Source: Klebsormidium nitens
Lineage: Eukaryota; Plantae; Klebsormidiophyceae
Reading direction: 5' to 3'
Length of the DNA: 64,000 bases
NCBI GenBank assembly: GCA_000708835.1
Contig: DF237009.1
Span: 62,001-126,000 of the forward strand
The notes under the pieces were generated by a model. The model saw nothing but the letters and a program-made list of their open reading frames with translations. It did not search any database and had not been told where the DNA came from. The position numbers and the translations under genes are program-made. This document shows, piece by piece, positions 59,501 through 64,000 of this stretch (positions are counted from its first letter, which is position 1; every line of letters begins with the position of its first letter).

Positions 59501-62500
59501 CTAACCATTGTTAAGCCCCAACGCTAACCCTAGCATAACCGTTCCGATCGCCCTAACCCACATAACCCGGTACGAGCCGGCACCGACCGGGAAGCCGTTC
59601 GCACGCTCGTTGTCAATAAATCCAGGCGCAAGCGCGCTGACGCCCACGTCGGCAAGCCAGCTCATGCTGACGTAGGACACCGCAAACTCGAACATGAGTG
59701 ACGTCAGGCTGAAGCGGACGGCCAGCCAGAAGAAGCCCGCCACGCGAGCGACGACGAGCGCGCGCTGCGCGAGCACGAGCGCGAGCACGGTTCCCCGCGC
59801 CGCGCGACATTGCGCGGCCGCGTGGCGTGCGGCCTGCGCGAGGGTCTGCTCGCGATCGCGCGCGTCCAGGAGGAGGAGCGCGCGCGCGCGCAACGGCAGC
59901 CAGTCGCAGAGGCAGAAGAAGGCGCCCAGGAACAGCAGTGGGAAGACCTGTGCAAAAAATCTGCTCAACTGTCAACGGTTTCAACACGGCGACTCTATGC
60001 CAGTCGGTTGCGAGCTGCTTAGCCCGTTGGTTACTTGCTCAATAAGTAGACGTAACAAGGTCACAGCCCGGTTATGTATTGATTTCCGGGCTACGGCTGG
60101 TTAGCAGCAAACCTTCCCGTGTCGTGGCCGCAGAGAACCCAGCACCCCGGCTTTAAAAAACACCATAAGCGCTTGAGCTACCACAAAATTTTCCGGAAAT
60201 GGGCAATAATACAGAATTTTGTAGAGGTACTGGATGACATCTTGATATCACCCCCGGGAAAAATACAATCTGCTGAGAACGTGCTGTACTGGCCCATACC
60301 GAATCCAATGTGATGAAGAAATTTGGAGCTGAAACGTAGGGTTCCATTTCCCATGCAGAAAGATAAAATCCTTTCTTCGTGCGAAAAGGAAGTGTCTCGA
60401 AGTCTTGCGCAAAATGTCGGCTAACGGTTCCAGAAAAGACGTATGCTGATCATAAGTGTTTCCAGTTCCGGTCCACTGATTCCGGCTAACACACCAGAGG
60501 CGAAACACTCCGAACAACGTAACGGAGACAATCTCCCCCACCTGGTCCAGCGCAGTCAAGCCAAACGCGTTGAGACCGCAGCAGTCCCCGACCAGCATCG
60601 GCACCAGTGCCCACGTCGCCGCTGACGTCACCATCACCCCGAAGCTGACGCCCACCAGAAGGTACTTGCCCACCGGGCGGCGAGCCGCACCCGGGGGATC
60701 CCCCTTCCCTCTCCCGAGCAGTTCTGTGTGCTCCGAAGATTTCGCAAACTCGCGCTTCTCGACGTCATGCAGCGTCAGTGACCGGTACTCTCGGGCGGGC
60801 TCGCTTCCTTGCAGCGCCGGTCCGCTAACCCCGTTAATCAGGTTTGGCTCGTTAACCAGGTTTGGCGCGTTAACCGGAACCGGCCCGTTGACCAGATCTG
60901 GGCCGTTGACCAGATCTGGGCCGTTTACCAGACTCGGCCCAGTAACCACCTTTGGCCTGTTAACCAGACTTGGCCCATTATCCAGAATTGGCCCGTTAAC
61001 GAGATACGGCTTGTCAACCAGACTCGGCCCGTTAACCAGATTCGCCCCGGTAACCAGGTTCGGCAAGGTGATCAAATTCGGCGGCCTTTCGACGTCCGCA
61101 ATTGCCCCGGGGCTTTCCCCCGGGCTTTCTAGGTCCCACGGGCTTTCGGCGCCGTCCTCTATCTCATCCACCGTGGACAGCTCCACGTGCTTTGCTGTCA
61201 TGGTGCCACGTGTCGGATCGTAGAGGCAGAGGCACGTGCCCAATGCGCCCACGAGGATGACGTAAGCGGGAGGAAGCGTTTCCGCGTAGCCGAAAAGGTG
61301 CGCGAGCGGGGCGACAACGAGGGTGGCGAGGAAAGCGGCCAAGGATCGAAAGAGGGCGCTTGGGGAATGCGAGGTCAGCACGCCCTCGCATAGATCTGCA
61401 CGAAGGGAAGGCGGTGTTTCTTTTTCTGCTCTGTGAATTTCACTGGGAGACTCGTTCGTTTTGATCTGACGAGAATTCACTATATTGTCAAACGAATACA
61501 CGCCAACCGCTGGTAAAGCAGACGTCTATATTTCATGCGAAAATGCGGAAGACGGGGCAAGAAAGCTATCAAATTGAAACCGTGGTTAAGCGTCCAACAC
61601 TGTCTGTGGAAGTTTGGAGCGGCATCTCCTTGTCTTCTTTCTCCTTTTTCGTGGTATGTTAGCCGACCGAATTAGTGAGTCCACACAATCTCGAGCCCGC
61701 GGTTGACATCGATCTGGTGAAGAATCCAGGATTCGCTACGCTGAACTTCAGAGCGAAGTTCAAAGGAAAGCCGTCTGCTTCGACGGACTCCGGGTGACGT
61801 GCCTCGAAATTTCGTCGCAACTGATATTGATGAGCTGTCTTGGGCCCGCAGAAAGTACAGGTTCTTATCGTCAAAATGTTTGACCTCTTTTGGAATGGCT
61901 CGAAGAATCCAACATGTCGTCGAAACCCGAGACGTCTCAAAGAGAGCAAAGCAGACTGGCGCTCCAACATCTTGTGATTGCGTTCCGCTGGCCGTCTTAT
62001 TCTCAAGAAGTTCTAGTATGGTTATAGGTTGTTACTCCTCTGTACAAAAAGCAAAGAGTGGAGTATGATCTCACTTACAGTCGACGATCGCAAAGAGCCC
62101 CAGAAGCAGCAGCGCTGGATGCGCGCCGATCGCGCCTCCGATCGTCGCCGGACCCTGGGCGGGGCAATCTACCGGGGAACACTCCTCCGGCCAGACCGCG
62201 CAAAAGGTTCCGTCTTTGCCCGGTAAACCCGCCAAAACCTCGCGGTAGCACTGCGCCACGCGGCCGCGCGCGACGAGCCGGCCGGTCCCCCGGGGGAAAA
62301 GAAGGGCACCGAGGGAGCCCAGTAGAAGGACGAGGAGAGCAGAAACGGTGATGCTGACAAAGTGCAGTCTGCACGCATGAGAGGTCGGCGTTAAGCGAGC
62401 TTGGTTTGTGTGGTTCGATGCCCTTCAATCAATCGTGGTTAAGGGGGACAGCTTCCTGTGACGGGGAAACAAAATGAGTCGGGGTTGAGGGAGGGCAGCG

Positions 62501-64000
62501 GACAAGATGAAAGCGGGAAGTTCATAGATTCGCAAGCTTTCTTAAGGTGAACTTATTTTCGACCTTTGCCCCTGCGGAATTCGATAGGACTAGATTTTGG
62601 CACAATTCAACTCCATTTTCTCCTCCGGTCAAATGACTCAAATCGCTCCTTCGGTGTCTTTTCTGAACTGATCTGAGGGGATTGCATGCGAAAAGGACAT
62701 CTGAGATCAAATACAGTTCGAAGATCAAACCCAGTTCCCCCGCTTTCCAAAACTGGCGGCAGTCGGATCAGAATAATAAGTGCTCGTTTTGATTAGAAGT
62801 GGAGGTCTATTTTGATTTTCGACTAGAGCAATCGGGGGCTAACTAAGATCTTGCAGCGTGCTTCTTTACGGAGAGGAAAACCCACAGATACCGGTTAGCT
62901 GCAGGGTCAAAAGTCTGTTAGCGCCAGTCTGCGATGCATTAGGACTTCGACAAGTCACTAAAGTCTCCGCCGGGACGTTCCGAGCACCCCGTCGAAACAA
63001 CAACCTTCCCTGCGCGCTTGAAGTTTTCTCCGAGACAGCTCTGCTCACCGGCGACTCGACCCAAAGTGCTGCCGCGCCTTCTGCCCGAGCAAGTCCCCGG
63101 TCACACTCCCGAGGGCCAATAGCGCCACGACGAACAGCGGTGGTGCGCCCGGTTGCTGCTTCCCGAGACCCATGAGCGATTCTGGTTCGCCGGTTGCGGC
63201 GGAAGGGTCGATCATGTCCGCTGTCCACAGCCCCATCTGGAAAAGAACGGAAAGGGCGCTGTCAAGTTCTTCCTTCGCTCATTTTGGTTTCTCCTTTGCC
63301 GGACAACTATTCACTTCGCGTCGGCGCTCCTCGGTAAAGGTCGGACTCTAGCAACATCAGCCGCTCCTTGCTGCCAAGACACTCCTCGCGTTATGAACGT
63401 CTATAAATCTTCGAGTCTTGTGTTCGTGGTTCTTTTTCGCCTTCTTGGAAAGCGTGTTCCAACTTTTTCAGCGCGACGTAGATACTCATATTTGTATCCT
63501 TGAGCATCAGTACGTTACACGACCGCTGAAAGATTCCTGCCCTTAAGAGAACTGTTCATCGGGAAAGACCTGTTAACTGCATTGATGAGCATTTATCAGT
63601 TTGCAGACTGTGTAGCTAATGACTGTCAGATAAAACCAAAGAGATTGCGAAGCAAGGTCGCCGTCAGACTTCAATCGCAGACAACCCTTCTGATCCCACC
63701 TGGAAGGACTCCTTGTCGGTCGACAGCACGCCCTCCAGCCGCGCGCGCTCGCGCGCGCCGAGCGGCTTCTTCAGCGTCGCGTTCCCGGGCCGGTACCGCG
63801 CTAGCACGCCGCGCGCGCAGCGCGCGCGCGCGGCGTTGATCTCTGCAGCCGCGGCGCGCCACTCCGGGAGCGCCCGGTAGAGCACCCCAACCGCGGGGAT
63901 CGTAACGTTCGTAAGAACGTGGTACGGCTGCGGGCCTTTTGTGGATTCGCACCGGGGATAGAAATGATTGTTTTCTGGAAACCAGTCGGGGGCGCACTCC
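59501..64000 (-). CDS. Multi-pass membrane protein, probably drug/metabolite transporter (DMT) superfamily; 5' end lies outside the window
   Basis: Phase-consistent exons >64000-63700, 63236-63049, 62368-62079, 61395-60542, 59947-59501. About 10 hydrophobic segments fall in two halves separated by a long loop. Each half ends in a DMT-like helix pair (VILVGALGTCLCLYD; VRAIGTVMLGLALGL). Family call is by pattern only. Confidence 0.6.
60835..61090 (-). repeat. In-frame 18-bp repeat (GPxLVN)x~14 in the central loop of the membrane protein
   Basis: PPNLIT LPNLVT GANLVN GPSLVD KPYLVN GPILDN GPSLVN RPKVVT GPSLVN GPDLVN GPDLVN GPVPVN APNLVN EPNLIN. Confidence 0.92.

Overview
Eukaryotic, intron-rich genomic DNA with GC3-rich exons and GT/GC-AG introns. 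Gene content and style point to a flagellate streptophyte alga, Klebsormidium-like (inference). I assembled seven spliced genes by hand from splice sites and frame-phase consistency: (-) plant-type ATRIP/SUV2 (<1-4964, runs off the window); (+) CEP290 (5910-31739, 30 exons, about 2756 aa); (+) algal Aurora-like Ser/Thr kinase (34850-40201, crosses a 305-N gap); (-) DNL zinc-finger Hsp70 escort protein; (+) HUB1/BRE1 RING E3 ligase (44976-53143); (-) GT32 DXD glycosyltransferase (54428-57183); (-) DMT-like multi-pass membrane protein (59501->64000). I found no rRNA, tRNA, CRISPR array or autonomous transposon. The main non-gene signal is an 'exon-echo' architecture: introns hold tandem, progressively decaying copies of the adjacent exon end together with its splice site. 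Copies of 5' ends always lie upstream and copies of 3' ends always lie downstream. I see this at about ten CEP290 junctions and also in the kinase and HUB1. The echoes nearest the real exons differ from them mostly at synonymous positions. Other signals: one 21-bp in-frame minisatellite shared by two unrelated genes, a DZIP1-like N-terminus on CEP290, and enrichment of TGACGTCA and in-frame AACTAG. All family assignments come from remembered motifs; no database search was run.
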